Shown: positions 16,007 through 24,330, numbered from the stretch's first letter. The stretch is DNA of 64,000 nucleotides from a virus (IMGVR_UViG_3300005611_000012:8075-72074); one strand, 5' to 3'. Notes: a model not told the origin generated them from the sequence alone. Program-made: numbers and translations.

Positions 16007-16023
16007 ATTGCACGGAGTAGCTC

Positions 16024-16668
16024 ATGGCAGACTTTAAAACGCAGATGATGAAATTCGCCGCACAGCGAGTTCTTTCGGAAGCCGTTCGAATTGCTGCTCG
16101 AAATGTCGAGACTACAGCCAAGAACAAAGTCCGTGATGGCAAACTCCGTAAAATCGTTAAATCCACCACTATATCTCAGAATAAGGAAATTGAGACAATG
16201 GCACGTACTGAAACAACACGCTTCTCTGAACCAACAACGCGAGCTCAGGCCGCAACTTCAGGGAATGACAAAAAGCCCAAAGAGCCAATCGACTTTTGGG
16301 TAAACACCATGCTCGTCGACTCCGACGGTGCTGAGCCAATCCGGATCCTGACCGGACGGCCGCTGAAAGCATTCAACGCTAATCGCGATGTGACAACCTC
16401 CAATGAGGATTTCAACCGCGTCAACGCAATCAACAATGCGTTCGTTGAAATGTTGAATGCTGATGCCAATACCCTCGAGCTTGGCGAAAGCAAGTTCTAC
16501 TCACCGCAGGGAACCCCTGTCGACAAAGAGTCGGGCGAGCTCAAGCTCAAGAAAGGCATTTACCTTCAGCTCCACCGTGAGGAAACCGATCACGCCGCCG
16601 CAGCTGCGGAAGCTCAGGACATTGTCGCGTCCGAGGGCGATCGCTTGCGGAAACTGTTCGGCAACTAA
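16024..16668 (+). CDS. N4 gp2/Drc-like ssDNA-binding RNAP II cofactor; second in-frame start at 16198
   Basis: FWVNTML...GRPLK...SNEDFNRVNAINNAFVEML...LELGESK...LQLHRE resembles the gp2 pattern FWLNIG...GIPLD...N..F....N.L...LEPGE...LQLRR; position in the early region ahead of RNAP1. Confidence 0.65.
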   Translation: MADFKTQMMKFAAQRVLSEAVRIAARNVETTAKNKVRDGKLRKIVKSTTISQNKEIETMARTETTRFSEPTTRAQAATSGNDKKPKEPIDFWVNTMLVDSDGAEPIRILTGRPLKAFNANRDVTTSNEDFNRVNAINNAFVEMLNADANTLELGESKFYSPQGTPVDKESGELKLKKGIYLQLHREETDHAAAAAEAQDIVASEGDRLRKLFGN

Positions 16669-16687
16669 GCTGAACTCCAAGCCCCGA

Positions 16688-16730
16688 GGCAACCGCCGCT
16701 CCCACCCTTCGGGTGGGGCGGCGGATTGCC
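16688..16730 (+). other. Long GC hairpin with TTC triloop
   Basis: GGCAA-CCGCCGC-t-CCCACCC-TTC-GGGTGGG-GCGGCGG-ATTGCC. Confidence 0.7.
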
Positions 16731-16757
16731 GACTGAAGATAGTTTAAGGATAAAACC

Positions 16758-16964
16758 ATGGCAGATAGTTTAAGTGTTGAAGTAAGCGTGAGTGACGTAC
16801 CTAACTCATTCATTGCTGGAGCCCTAGTTGACCGACTTTGGGACACAGGCAACGCTGAAGACCTGGCAAAGCAGATCTTCCAGGAAGCTGAAGACGAAGG
16901 TCACGAAGACGGTGTCAGAGAGCTAATTCTTGAATTAAGCAAGCTCTACTCACCTAAAACCTAA
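16758..16964 (+). CDS. Small acidic hypothetical protein
   Basis: 68 aa, AAGGA RBS. Confidence 0.65.
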   Translation: MADSLSVEVSVSDVPNSFIAGALVDRLWDTGNAEDLAKQIFQEAEDEGHEDGVRELILELSKLYSPKT

Positions 16965-16987
16965 AAAGGGCCAAAAGAGCCCTTTTT
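16963..16987 (+). terminator. Terminator-like hairpin flanked by a 15-bp direct repeat
   Basis: AAAAAGGGC-caaaaga-GCCCTTTTT; CCTAAAACCTAAAAA occurs at 16953 and 16999. Confidence 0.6.
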
Positions 16988-17056
16988 CGCAAATCACCCC
17001 TAAAACCTAAAAATGCTGGTCTTTATCCTGTAAAGATCCAGTAAGAGGATAATACC

Positions 17057-18025
17057 ATGTCGCAAGGACTATTCTCTTCACCTACCCAGGACACAAAACC
17101 TGAGTTCGTGACCAGACAAAATGTAGCGTACCAAGCCCTCGATCAGTCTCGTCTCGACGACGCTCCATTCCATGAAGCAGAGACAGAGCTCGAGAAACTC
17201 TTCGACAAAAATCAGCTCAAGCCACGGCTCAGAGATTGGTTCGGGTCTCCCGAATTCATCGACTTCGTAAAGGGCAAAGGGATGTCAGAATCTGTCACTC
17301 CCAAGTTCTGCATCGAGCTCTGTGCCACCATGGCTATGATGAAACGTGCCACACCAGGTGCGCTCATCGGGATCCTCTATAAAGAGTTCCTCACTGATGC
17401 CGGCAAGCACGTCGCCATGCAAGAATGTGCCCACGCTCTGGAAGAGTGTGTCGATGCTGATCTGGTCGATTACTCCATGAATCAGCAGATGTTCATCATC
17501 AGATTGGACATTGATCATATCACCCGCCAAGAGCTCGATCGATATCAATATCCTCTACCGATGGTGGTTCAGCCCAAAGTGCTGAGATCTAACACCCAAA
17601 ATGGATATGTTTCACGTGAAACAGGCCGAGGTCTCGTTGTCTTGAAAGCTGGCCGGCAGGCTCCGCTCTACGAGCAGGCTGACGTCTGTCTTGACCACTT
17701 GAATCGTATGAACTCCATCCCTCTAACACTCAACATGCAGACGGCAGAGCTCATCGACAACGAGTGGAAGCATATCGATCGACGCAAGCCAGGTGAAACA
17801 CCAGCCCAATTTGAGCTGCGCCGGAAAGCCTTCGAGAAGTATGATCAGTCCTCCAAGGATGTCATGCACGCTTTGATGGGGATCCGGGACAGATTCTGGC
17901 TCACCCACAAATATGATCGCCGGGGCAGAACCTACTGCCAAGGATACCATGTCAATTATCAAGGCACGTCCTGGAACAAGGCTGTCGTTGAATTCGCCAA
18001 TAAGGAATTAATCCATGGGATATAG
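17057..18025 (+). CDS. RNA polymerase II subunit 1 (N4 gp15-like)
   Basis: 322 aa; FWLTHKYDRRGRTYCQGYHVNYQG (T7-family DxRGR motif); LPMVVQPK block. Confidence 0.92.
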   Translation: MSQGLFSSPTQDTKPEFVTRQNVAYQALDQSRLDDAPFHEAETELEKLFDKNQLKPRLRDWFGSPEFIDFVKGKGMSESVTPKFCIELCATMAMMKRATPGALIGILYKEFLTDAGKHVAMQECAHALEECVDADLVDYSMNQQMFIIRLDIDHITRQELDRYQYPLPMVVQPKVLRSNTQNGYVSRETGRGLVVLKAGRQAPLYEQADVCLDHLNRMNSIPLTLNMQTAELIDNEWKHIDRRKPGETPAQFELRRKAFEKYDQSSKDVMHALMGIRDRFWLTHKYDRRGRTYCQGYHVNYQGTSWNKAVVEFANKELIHGI

Positions 18026-18326
18026 ACTATGGCCAGCCCGGGTGCAGTATCAATTAGAGCTGCCGCCTGGAACCATGCTCAAGATTCTTCATCATGATGA
18101 GAGAAACATGAATCCAAACTCTAATGCCATGTGTTTAGCCGAGTATCTCGAATGCTACACCAAAGCCGAAGACGTCAATTATGACGGCATGTTCGGTGAA
18201 GTTGTGATGTTCTATCTCGATAAACGTGACGACAATTGGTGGCGCCGGCGGCAGGTGATCAAAGTGATCAAACGCTGGGCTAATCATGTTCCAACCAAAG
18301 GCACAGCAGGAAAGGACTTCAAATGA
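18015..18326 (+). CDS. Hypothetical protein
   Basis: 103 aa, overlapping coupled gene arrangement. Confidence 0.55.
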   Translation: MGYRLWPARVQYQLELPPGTMLKILHHDERNMNPNSNAMCLAEYLECYTKAEDVNYDGMFGEVVMFYLDKRDDNWWRRRQVIKVIKRWANHVPTKGTAGKDFK

Positions 18327-18619
18327 AATACGTCATGTTCGAAAACAAGGATGGGCACAAAACTGCGCTCATCTTCCCCAATCACATTCCCCATAAGAAT
18401 ATGACTGGTGACGTCCCTCGGATGATACGCCATTTCAGCAATGAATATGGCGGGGTAGATATCGGGGAGCCAGTGTCAGCTGGATTCGTCGGACCAAACT
18501 CAGACTTCCAAATGAGTGTCTGGGGATCTTCTGAAAGCTTGGGTCTTAAATCAGATCCTGGAGACAGTCGTATCATCTTCTCTGAAATGACGCGTTCTGA
18601 GCATTCAAAAGAATTCTAA
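18323..18619 (+). CDS. Conserved phage hypothetical protein
   Basis: MKYVMF...IFPNHIPH...VSAGF...GSSESLGLKSDPGD pattern seen in many phages. Confidence 0.7.
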   Translation: MKYVMFENKDGHKTALIFPNHIPHKNMTGDVPRMIRHFSNEYGGVDIGEPVSAGFVGPNSDFQMSVWGSSESLGLKSDPGDSRIIFSEMTRSEHSKEF

Positions 18620-18810
18620 TGAGTGACGGTCGTAAGGTCATTCGAGCCAAGGAAGAATTCGATTACAAAGGATATCGCCCTTTCGGGGCGATGTTCGAAG
18701 CTGAAGACAGACGTAAGCTTCACGATCTGGCCCTGGAGATGAACACCTCCATGGCAGAGGCTCTACGTTTCTGTGTTCGATTCACTCACAACGGGACGAT
18801 CAACTCATGA
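18619..18810 (+). CDS. Ribbon-helix-helix (CopG-like) DNA-binding protein
   Basis: FGAMFEAEDRRKLHDLALEMNTSMAEALRFCV fits the strand-helix-turn-helix RHH pattern. Confidence 0.6.
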   Translation: MSDGRKVIRAKEEFDYKGYRPFGAMFEAEDRRKLHDLALEMNTSMAEALRFCVRFTHNGTINS

Positions 18811-19403
18811 CCCAATCAACCAACACGCAAGAGCTGGTAACAAAACTAAAATTGCATTTTGAAAGGTGGCAGATCGGTACATGTGATGATGCCGAAATAG
18901 CGCAAGAAGCAGTTATGGAGATGGTGCCGGACGTTATTGACGCTCTTACCATCCAGCCGCAGGCAGAAGCCCAGCCGCTCATAAAAGATCTGGCAAACTT
19001 GCTGGAGGCAAAGATTGCGGCCTACGAAAAAGCCACTGCCGCCCTCACCCCCGCCCAGCCTGCCGCTGACGTGCGTGAGCGGGTGGCGCGGGCGATCTGC
19101 GAAGCAGACGATTATGACCCTGACGACATCGTGCCCCATGTTCATGAAGACCGGCCTAAGTGGCGCGACTATGAGGCGCACGCCGATGCCACCCTCTCAG
19201 CCACACCCGCGGTGAGTGGATGGCGGGACACACTGAACAACATCGATAAAGCGCTCGATAAGTATCACACTGATCTGCTCAAACGCGAGAACGGCGACAT
19301 AGCCGCAAGTCGATTGGTCAGCGCTGTTGAGCACGCGTTCGGGCGCAACGATTTTCACAAACAACGGGATCGCTTGCTCCCGCCCCAGAACGAGGGAGGC
19401 TAG
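18807..19403 (+). CDS. GC-rich hypothetical protein resembling alphaproteobacterial prophage accessory proteins
   Basis: 198 aa; VRERVARAICEAD...WRDYEAHADATL motif; sampled lines 63-70% GC. Confidence 0.65.
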   Translation: MTQSTNTQELVTKLKLHFERWQIGTCDDAEIAQEAVMEMVPDVIDALTIQPQAEAQPLIKDLANLLEAKIAAYEKATAALTPAQPAADVRERVARAICEADDYDPDDIVPHVHEDRPKWRDYEAHADATLSATPAVSGWRDTLNNIDKALDKYHTDLLKRENGDIAASRLVSAVEHAFGRNDFHKQRDRLLPPQNEGG

Positions 19404-19457
19404 TGCTGAAACAATGCGGGATTTCATTCATACCCAAGCTCAAAAGGAGGGCTTATA

Positions 19458-19883
19458 ATGCAAATTGAACATCCATCCAAAACGCTCACTGAAGCAATGG
19501 GAGCGGCTATTCATCGAGATCTATCTCCAATCAAATATCAGCGTTGGACTGTGGCAATGAAAAAGGAGGGTATTGACCCTCGAGATGCCCCATATGCTGA
19601 ACGACGTCCTCGCTATGAAGAACTTGAAGTTATCATGTTCCCAGAGCAATGGAGCAGCACAGCTCTTGGATATGGAGGCGTAGGCGGCGCCGCAATGACA
19701 CCGGCATATACCGTTGTTGTTATGTGCCGTCGGAACCAAGAAGCTTGTATCTATTGGGGATGTGGTCGTCTTGGAATGAAGCTCGATCTCCAGGAACCAA
19801 AAGATATCAAAGATCTCGAATATATCCTGGAAAATCGCTCTTCACATATCCAAGCTAGAACCCGTCGATCAAAGACAAGCTGA
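19458..19883 (+). CDS. Conserved phage hypothetical protein
   Basis: MFPEQWSSTALGYGGVGGAAMTPAYTVVV motif; AGGAGG RBS. Confidence 0.75.
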   Translation: MQIEHPSKTLTEAMGAAIHRDLSPIKYQRWTVAMKKEGIDPRDAPYAERRPRYEELEVIMFPEQWSSTALGYGGVGGAAMTPAYTVVVMCRRNQEACIYWGCGRLGMKLDLQEPKDIKDLEYILENRSSHIQARTRRSKTS

Positions 19884-20227
19884 TGTTTGTATATATTGGT
19901 GATCAACCAGGCTGGGGATACAAAATGGATCCAAAGGCCTTTTCCAACGCATGGAAAGTGGATTTCGATACAAGCCTCCCTAATAAGGATGGCTTGTATT
20001 TTGCGGTCGAAGCTAATTCGATAAAGCCGCACAATTCTCGCAAATACGAAATTATCAAACGAGACAAACTTGAGATGATCTTGGAAGACACGCTTCAAGC
20101 GCTGTACTTCAGAGACCTCATGTACCGTGGGGTAATTCCAGCCTCTCGCAAAAACCTCGAACATGCAGCTGAAAGCATACCTCGGCTGCTTAGCCTCGAG
20201 AACCAACGTTTTAAGGTAAAAGCATGA
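19883..20227 (+). CDS. Hypothetical protein
   Basis: 114 aa, TGATG coupling. Confidence 0.6.
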   Translation: MFVYIGDQPGWGYKMDPKAFSNAWKVDFDTSLPNKDGLYFAVEANSIKPHNSRKYEIIKRDKLEMILEDTLQALYFRDLMYRGVIPASRKNLEHAAESIPRLLSLENQRFKVKA

Positions 20228-20739
20228 CATTATGGCACAAAACGGCTGAGTATAAACTCATCACTGATCATTATCGTGGTGAGTATGCTGACCGCTCCGG
20301 CCGGCACAAAATGGAGCATATCAAGGAAGGTTGCCGTCTTCTGGTCGGATGGCAACGTCCTGACGTAGAGCATCAAGCTTTCTGCCTTCATCCTTTAGTA
20401 GAGACCGAAGGGTTCACCTATGAAAGAAAGCATTCGTATATCTTGGCAGCTGAGATGATGAAATTTGCTACGGCATACCTATGCCGTCCTGAAACCGATG
20501 ATATTACCTATCGGGGATCCAGGACATATCTCTTTAAATATCTTGGACCAATGTCTGAAGCTTGCGCTTGGTTGCTGCTTGCAGACAAAGTCCAAAATCG
20601 ATCGGATTTCATGAAATATCATGCATTCACCCATGCCCGGGCTGACATGCTTATCCGGTATTTTGATCTCTGGATTCAAACTCTTCACACTTATTATCTG
20701 CCGAAAGAGCAGTTCAACGGAAAGGCACGCCGTACATGA
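20224..20739 (+). CDS. HD-domain-like (Mesh1/SpoT hydrolase-like) protein with HD replaced by HP
   Basis: RSGRHKMEHIKEG...AFCLHPLVETE...LLLADKVQNRSDF aligns by eye with RKSGEPYIxH...AALLHDxVED...KLADRLHN. Confidence 0.5.
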   Translation: MTLWHKTAEYKLITDHYRGEYADRSGRHKMEHIKEGCRLLVGWQRPDVEHQAFCLHPLVETEGFTYERKHSYILAAEMMKFATAYLCRPETDDITYRGSRTYLFKYLGPMSEACAWLLLADKVQNRSDFMKYHAFTHARADMLIRYFDLWIQTLHTYYLPKEQFNGKARRT

Positions 20740-21992
20740 CATTCACATTCACAGAATACTCCGCTCTTGATTATCTCAAGATCGATATCGCTTCTAACTA
20801 TGGAGACCATAATGGTCAGGACCTTGAAAAACTCAACTTCGATGACCGCATTGCGTGGTTCGATGCCCGAGAATCTGAAGGCAGACTTGTTGAACTCATT
20901 GATTCAGCAGATGAACCAGCCCTTTATTTTGGGGGACTTCAAGCATACCGAGATACTCTTGATGGGAACCCTACGGGTTATGCGATTGCACTGGACGCCT
21001 GCTCGTCCGGACTTCAAATACTGTCTGTCCTCGCCAATTGTGAAAAATCCGCTCGTCGGTGCGGGATACTGAACACCGGTAAAAGAGAAGACGCATATAC
21101 GTCTCTCTTCGGTGACATGCAGACCCAGGCAGATTTCAATCTCTCCGCGGGACGTAAAGACCTAAAGCAAGCCATTATGACATCGCTCTATGGTTCTGTG
21201 GCTATGCCGCGGCAGCTGTTCGGTGAAGGATCAGATGCTCTGAAGCTCTTCTACTATATCATGGAGACCGAGATCCCAGGTGCATGGTCATTGAACTTGG
21301 CTCTGAAGGGTCTCTGGCAGTCTTGGGCCACCGAACATGAGTGGGTGGTTCCGGACGGCTTTGAAGTCTCAATGGCTGTCGAAGAGAACATGATCAATGA
21401 GATCCAGTTCTTCGGGGAACCAGTGGAGGTGTTCACAAAGCAAGCCAAAGGTACACCTAAAGGCCTGTCACTCTCTCCAAATATCGTTCACTCGATCGAT
21501 GGGATGATTGTCAGAGAGGTGGTGCGTCGGTGCTACCACAATCCTAAGCGCATTCGTGAAGTCGAGAGCGCTTGCAACATTGCGATCAAACGACGTGAGC
21601 GTCGTAAGTCTGCTTCAGGCCATGGCCGGAAGAAAGACAAAGAATTGAGAGCCCTTTGGGAACGGTACCTGGCTTCTGGCTTTCTCTCTGCTCGGGTCCT
21701 CGACCTGATCGACGAGAAAAACGTCAATATCGTCTCAGCACACGCTGTGATGGAGCTGATCCAGACACTTCCAGTGGATCCTTTCCCTGTTTTGGCGATC
21801 CATGATTGCTTCCGGGTTCACCCGAATTACGGAAACGATCTGCGCCGGCAGTATAACCGCATCATGCGAGATCTCTGCGCATCAAACATTCTTGGCGACA
21901 TCGCTACTCAGATCACTGGGCGCCGCCAGGAACTCAAGAAAATTGGCAATATCGCCGATTCAATCCTCAATGCGGATTACGCACTCTCATAG
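20736..21992 (+). CDS. RNA polymerase II subunit 2 (N4 gp16-like)
   Basis: Motif A ALDACSSGLQIL, motif B RKDLKQAIMTSLYG, motif C AIHDCF. Confidence 0.93.
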   Translation: MTFTFTEYSALDYLKIDIASNYGDHNGQDLEKLNFDDRIAWFDARESEGRLVELIDSADEPALYFGGLQAYRDTLDGNPTGYAIALDACSSGLQILSVLANCEKSARRCGILNTGKREDAYTSLFGDMQTQADFNLSAGRKDLKQAIMTSLYGSVAMPRQLFGEGSDALKLFYYIMETEIPGAWSLNLALKGLWQSWATEHEWVVPDGFEVSMAVEENMINEIQFFGEPVEVFTKQAKGTPKGLSLSPNIVHSIDGMIVREVVRRCYHNPKRIREVESACNIAIKRRERRKSASGHGRKKDKELRALWERYLASGFLSARVLDLIDEKNVNIVSAHAVMELIQTLPVDPFPVLAIHDCFRVHPNYGNDLRRQYNRIMRDLCASNILGDIATQITGRRQELKKIGNIADSILNADYALS

Positions 21993-22002
21993 GAGAATTA
22001 AA

Positions 22003-22260
22003 ATGGGACGATACCTAAATCCACCAGACATGTCGAAAGAGATGTGGCTGATTAAAAATGCCATTCCTTTCACTGGCCCTCCCAAGAGCCATGACGAGCT
22101 GGAAGGCCATACCGCAGCTTGTCTTGTAGACAATGGCGCATTCACTGCGTGCGCTTTGGCTTTCAATAACAGAGAGGTTGAGGTTTTTAGTAACTCTCGC
22201 GACTCTAGGCCAAAAGATTGGTTCTGGATCCCCAATCACCTAACCCACATGTTCAAGTAG
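22003..22260 (+). CDS. Conserved phage hypothetical protein
   Basis: Start re-assigned to ATG 22003 (AGGAG RBS); MGRYLNPPDMSKEMWL...CLVDNGAFTACA. Confidence 0.7.
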   Translation: MGRYLNPPDMSKEMWLIKNAIPFTGPPKSHDELEGHTAACLVDNGAFTACALAFNNREVEVFSNSRDSRPKDWFWIPNHLTHMFK

Positions 22261-22273
22261 AAAGGCTAGAACC

Positions 22274-22495
22274 ATGAAAATGATCACAGTCCCGGCGGAA
22301 TCACTCCGCCTGATCGTGCGTGCCCTCGATGGGTACGCTACGGCGAACCAGATGAAGCACATGCCTCATGCTCTCGATAACATGCGGATTACCTTCACTG
22401 AAGAAGAGCTCTCCTGGCGAGGGGTCATCGATGAAAAGCAAGAACGACCTGCCATCCTGGAATGGCGGGAAGAACCGGAGTGGTTCAATGAATGA
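22274..22495 (+). CDS. Hypothetical protein
   Basis: 73 aa in a coupled gene run. Confidence 0.55.
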   Translation: MKMITVPAESLRLIVRALDGYATANQMKHMPHALDNMRITFTEEELSWRGVIDEKQERPAILEWREEPEWFNE

Positions 22496-22736
22496 TATCG
22501 GCGTCTGTATTCTCCTGGTGATGGCGGTAATAGTCTTTTGGTGGCTCGGTGATCAATCCGAAAAAGACCGGAAGAAAGTAGCTGAACTGACTGCAGAACT
22601 CTGCCTTGCTGTTGAGGGGGAAGATTTCTTCGTGTGTCATGCTAAATGCTCAGAACTTCCTAAGCATTTGGATCGTCATTGCGTCAATCATTATGCGGAG
22701 CTTCTTGCCAATGCTGGATCCAACCCAACCAAATAG
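22488..22736 (+). CDS. Small membrane-anchored Cys-containing protein
   Basis: Start ATG 22488 (GGAG RBS); N-terminal TM segment, four Cys in the soluble part. Confidence 0.55.
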   Translation: MNDIGVCILLVMAVIVFWWLGDQSEKDRKKVAELTAELCLAVEGEDFFVCHAKCSELPKHLDRHCVNHYAELLANAGSNPTK

Positions 22737-22914
22737 AAGCTTTCTCTTGTGGGGATTACTGGGACAGGGCCGTGATGGCCCTGTTTTCGTATCTTTCAAG
22801 GGACAGCTTTGCTCATTCAAAACCCGGCAGGAGGCCAGAGATTTCAATCACCTGGCATTCCAAGACAAACATAAAGTCGTCAAAATACGACTCACTTTGG
22901 AAAGGGAAAAATGA
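22711..22914 (+). CDS. Hypothetical protein
   Basis: Start ATG 22711 (GGAG upstream); SFKTRQEAR motif. Confidence 0.5.
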   Translation: MLDPTQPNRSFLLWGLLGQGRDGPVFVSFKGQLCSFKTRQEARDFNHLAFQDKHKVVKIRLTLEREK

Positions 22915-23144
22915 TGGCAAAAAAAGCGACATCCATGACCTGCACCTGTTGCGGTGAGCCTATGGAAAAGAAATACCAGCAATGGTGGAACCAGGACAGG
23001 GGGCGTTCTTTATGCGCGCTCTGCGCCATATGGATCAAACACCGTGAGAATAAATCTGACGGAGAAATGATTCGCATCTACGGAGAGGAGGGAATTCATC
23101 GTGAACTTGTGTCTGAAAATGAAAACCCGTCCGAAGGCGACTGA
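22911..23144 (+). CDS. Zinc-finger-like phage protein
   Basis: CTCCG...QWWNQDRGRSLCALC. Confidence 0.65.
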   Translation: MMAKKATSMTCTCCGEPMEKKYQQWWNQDRGRSLCALCAIWIKHRENKSDGEMIRIYGEEGIHRELVSENENPSEGD

Positions 23145-23394
23145 AGAAGATTTCCGGAACTGTGGTTTTACAGCTGCAGCCATTAATTACCCTCTGAATG
23201 AAGCTGCAGTGCGTGCTCTGGCGCATATCAACGGACTTTCTTTTGAGCAGTACATCAACATCAGCCCTGCCGTATGGTACTCTCCTAACTTCTATTGCCA
23301 GAAACAGGCAATGGAGCGGGGAGTGGCCCACGCTGAAGGTCGACTCCACAAGAATGAGGAGGGTCGCTGGGTTGTCACGATTAAAAGCACATGA
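23119..23394 (+). CDS. Hypothetical protein
   Basis: Likely start ATG 23119; coupled gene run. Confidence 0.5.
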   Translation: MKTRPKATEEDFRNCGFTAAAINYPLNEAAVRALAHINGLSFEQYINISPAVWYSPNFYCQKQAMERGVAHAEGRLHKNEEGRWVVTIKST

Positions 23395-23398
23395 CGCA

Positions 23399-23599
23399 AT
23401 GGTTCGACGTAAGTGCAAAAGGAAACGTACGTTTGTTACTGAGGAAACTGCCGAAATGGCTATTCGCCATAACGCAACCGGGTTGAGTACCTATAACTGC
23501 AACATCTGCGGTAACTGGCATCTGACCTCGAATGGTAAGAAAGCCAGGAACGTCAAACAAAAACGAAAACACAATCCCAAAAGGATCAAAGTTCAATGA
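23399..23599 (+). CDS. Small basic zinc-finger-like phage protein
   Basis: CKRKRTFVTEETA...YNCNICGNWHLT motif. Confidence 0.65.
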   Translation: MVRRKCKRKRTFVTEETAEMAIRHNATGLSTYNCNICGNWHLTSNGKKARNVKQKRKHNPKRIKVQ

Positions 23600-23688
23600 T
23601 ACATGAAGTAGCAGCGGCGCTGATTGTCGTCTGTTTTGCGGGGGTGATCATCAGATTTATGATGTTCATTCACAAGAATTTACGGCCT

Positions 23689-23722
23689 TAGGCAAGGCCC
23701 GGCGAAGCCGGAGCCTTGCCTA
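23689..23722. other. Long hairpin with GCGAAGC mini-hairpin core
   Basis: TAGGCAAGGC-CCGGC-GAA-GCCGG-a-GCCTTGCCTA. Confidence 0.75.
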
Positions 23723-23774
23723 ATGGCCAGGACAAAGATAGTATCTCCATTCATTCAGAAACGGAGATCTCCCA

Positions 23775-24017
23775 ATGTCCGAACCACGGTTCTATTACAT
23801 CAACGAAGAAGCCAAAGAGATTAAGCATTTCGGCGAACAGCTGAATAGCGAACTCGAGGGCTTTGTTTTTGCGGGTATGAGCGAGCTGCCAATCAAAGGC
23901 GCCGCGGGATACTACGCAAAAAATCAACCAGGCTACCGTCTTATTGACGGTGACGCCGTAGCTGAAGAGACCCAAGACAATGTCCAAGACAGCGGAGCTG
24001 ACGTTCCAGCACATTGA
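23775..24017 (+). CDS. Hypothetical acidic protein
   Basis: 80 aa, GGAG RBS. Confidence 0.65.
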   Translation: MSEPRFYYINEEAKEIKHFGEQLNSELEGFVFAGMSELPIKGAAGYYAKNQPGYRLIDGDAVAEETQDNVQDSGADVPAH

Positions 24018-24330
24018 GAATTCAATCGTCATCCTGAATAAGGGTGGCATTCAATCCCAACATGAAGCTTACCTGCGACGAGGTGAGGTATTTGCGAAGA
24101 TGGGGTCCGGCTTTGTCGGACTCCGTCGACACGGCACCTCCAAGGCAGGCGTAAACGTGGTCGACTGGGACCTCGGCGGACAAGAGACGTTTGTCTATAG
24201 CCCTACGGGGCGTGTGGTCATTGAAGGCCATCCAGATGCTGGTGAAGAAAACGCATCGACGAAGATCAGCACTGCTCTGCCAGAACCAACAGAAGAAGTG
24301 AGCGCCAAGAAGCGCACTCGCAAAAAGTGA
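23980..24330 (+). CDS. Conserved phage hypothetical protein
   Basis: FQHIENSIVIL..GGIQSQ..AYLR...FAKMGSGFVGL..GTSK pattern. Confidence 0.6.
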   Translation: MSKTAELTFQHIENSIVILNKGGIQSQHEAYLRRGEVFAKMGSGFVGLRRHGTSKAGVNVVDWDLGGQETFVYSPTGRVVIEGHPDAGEENASTKISTALPEPTEEVSAKKRTRKK

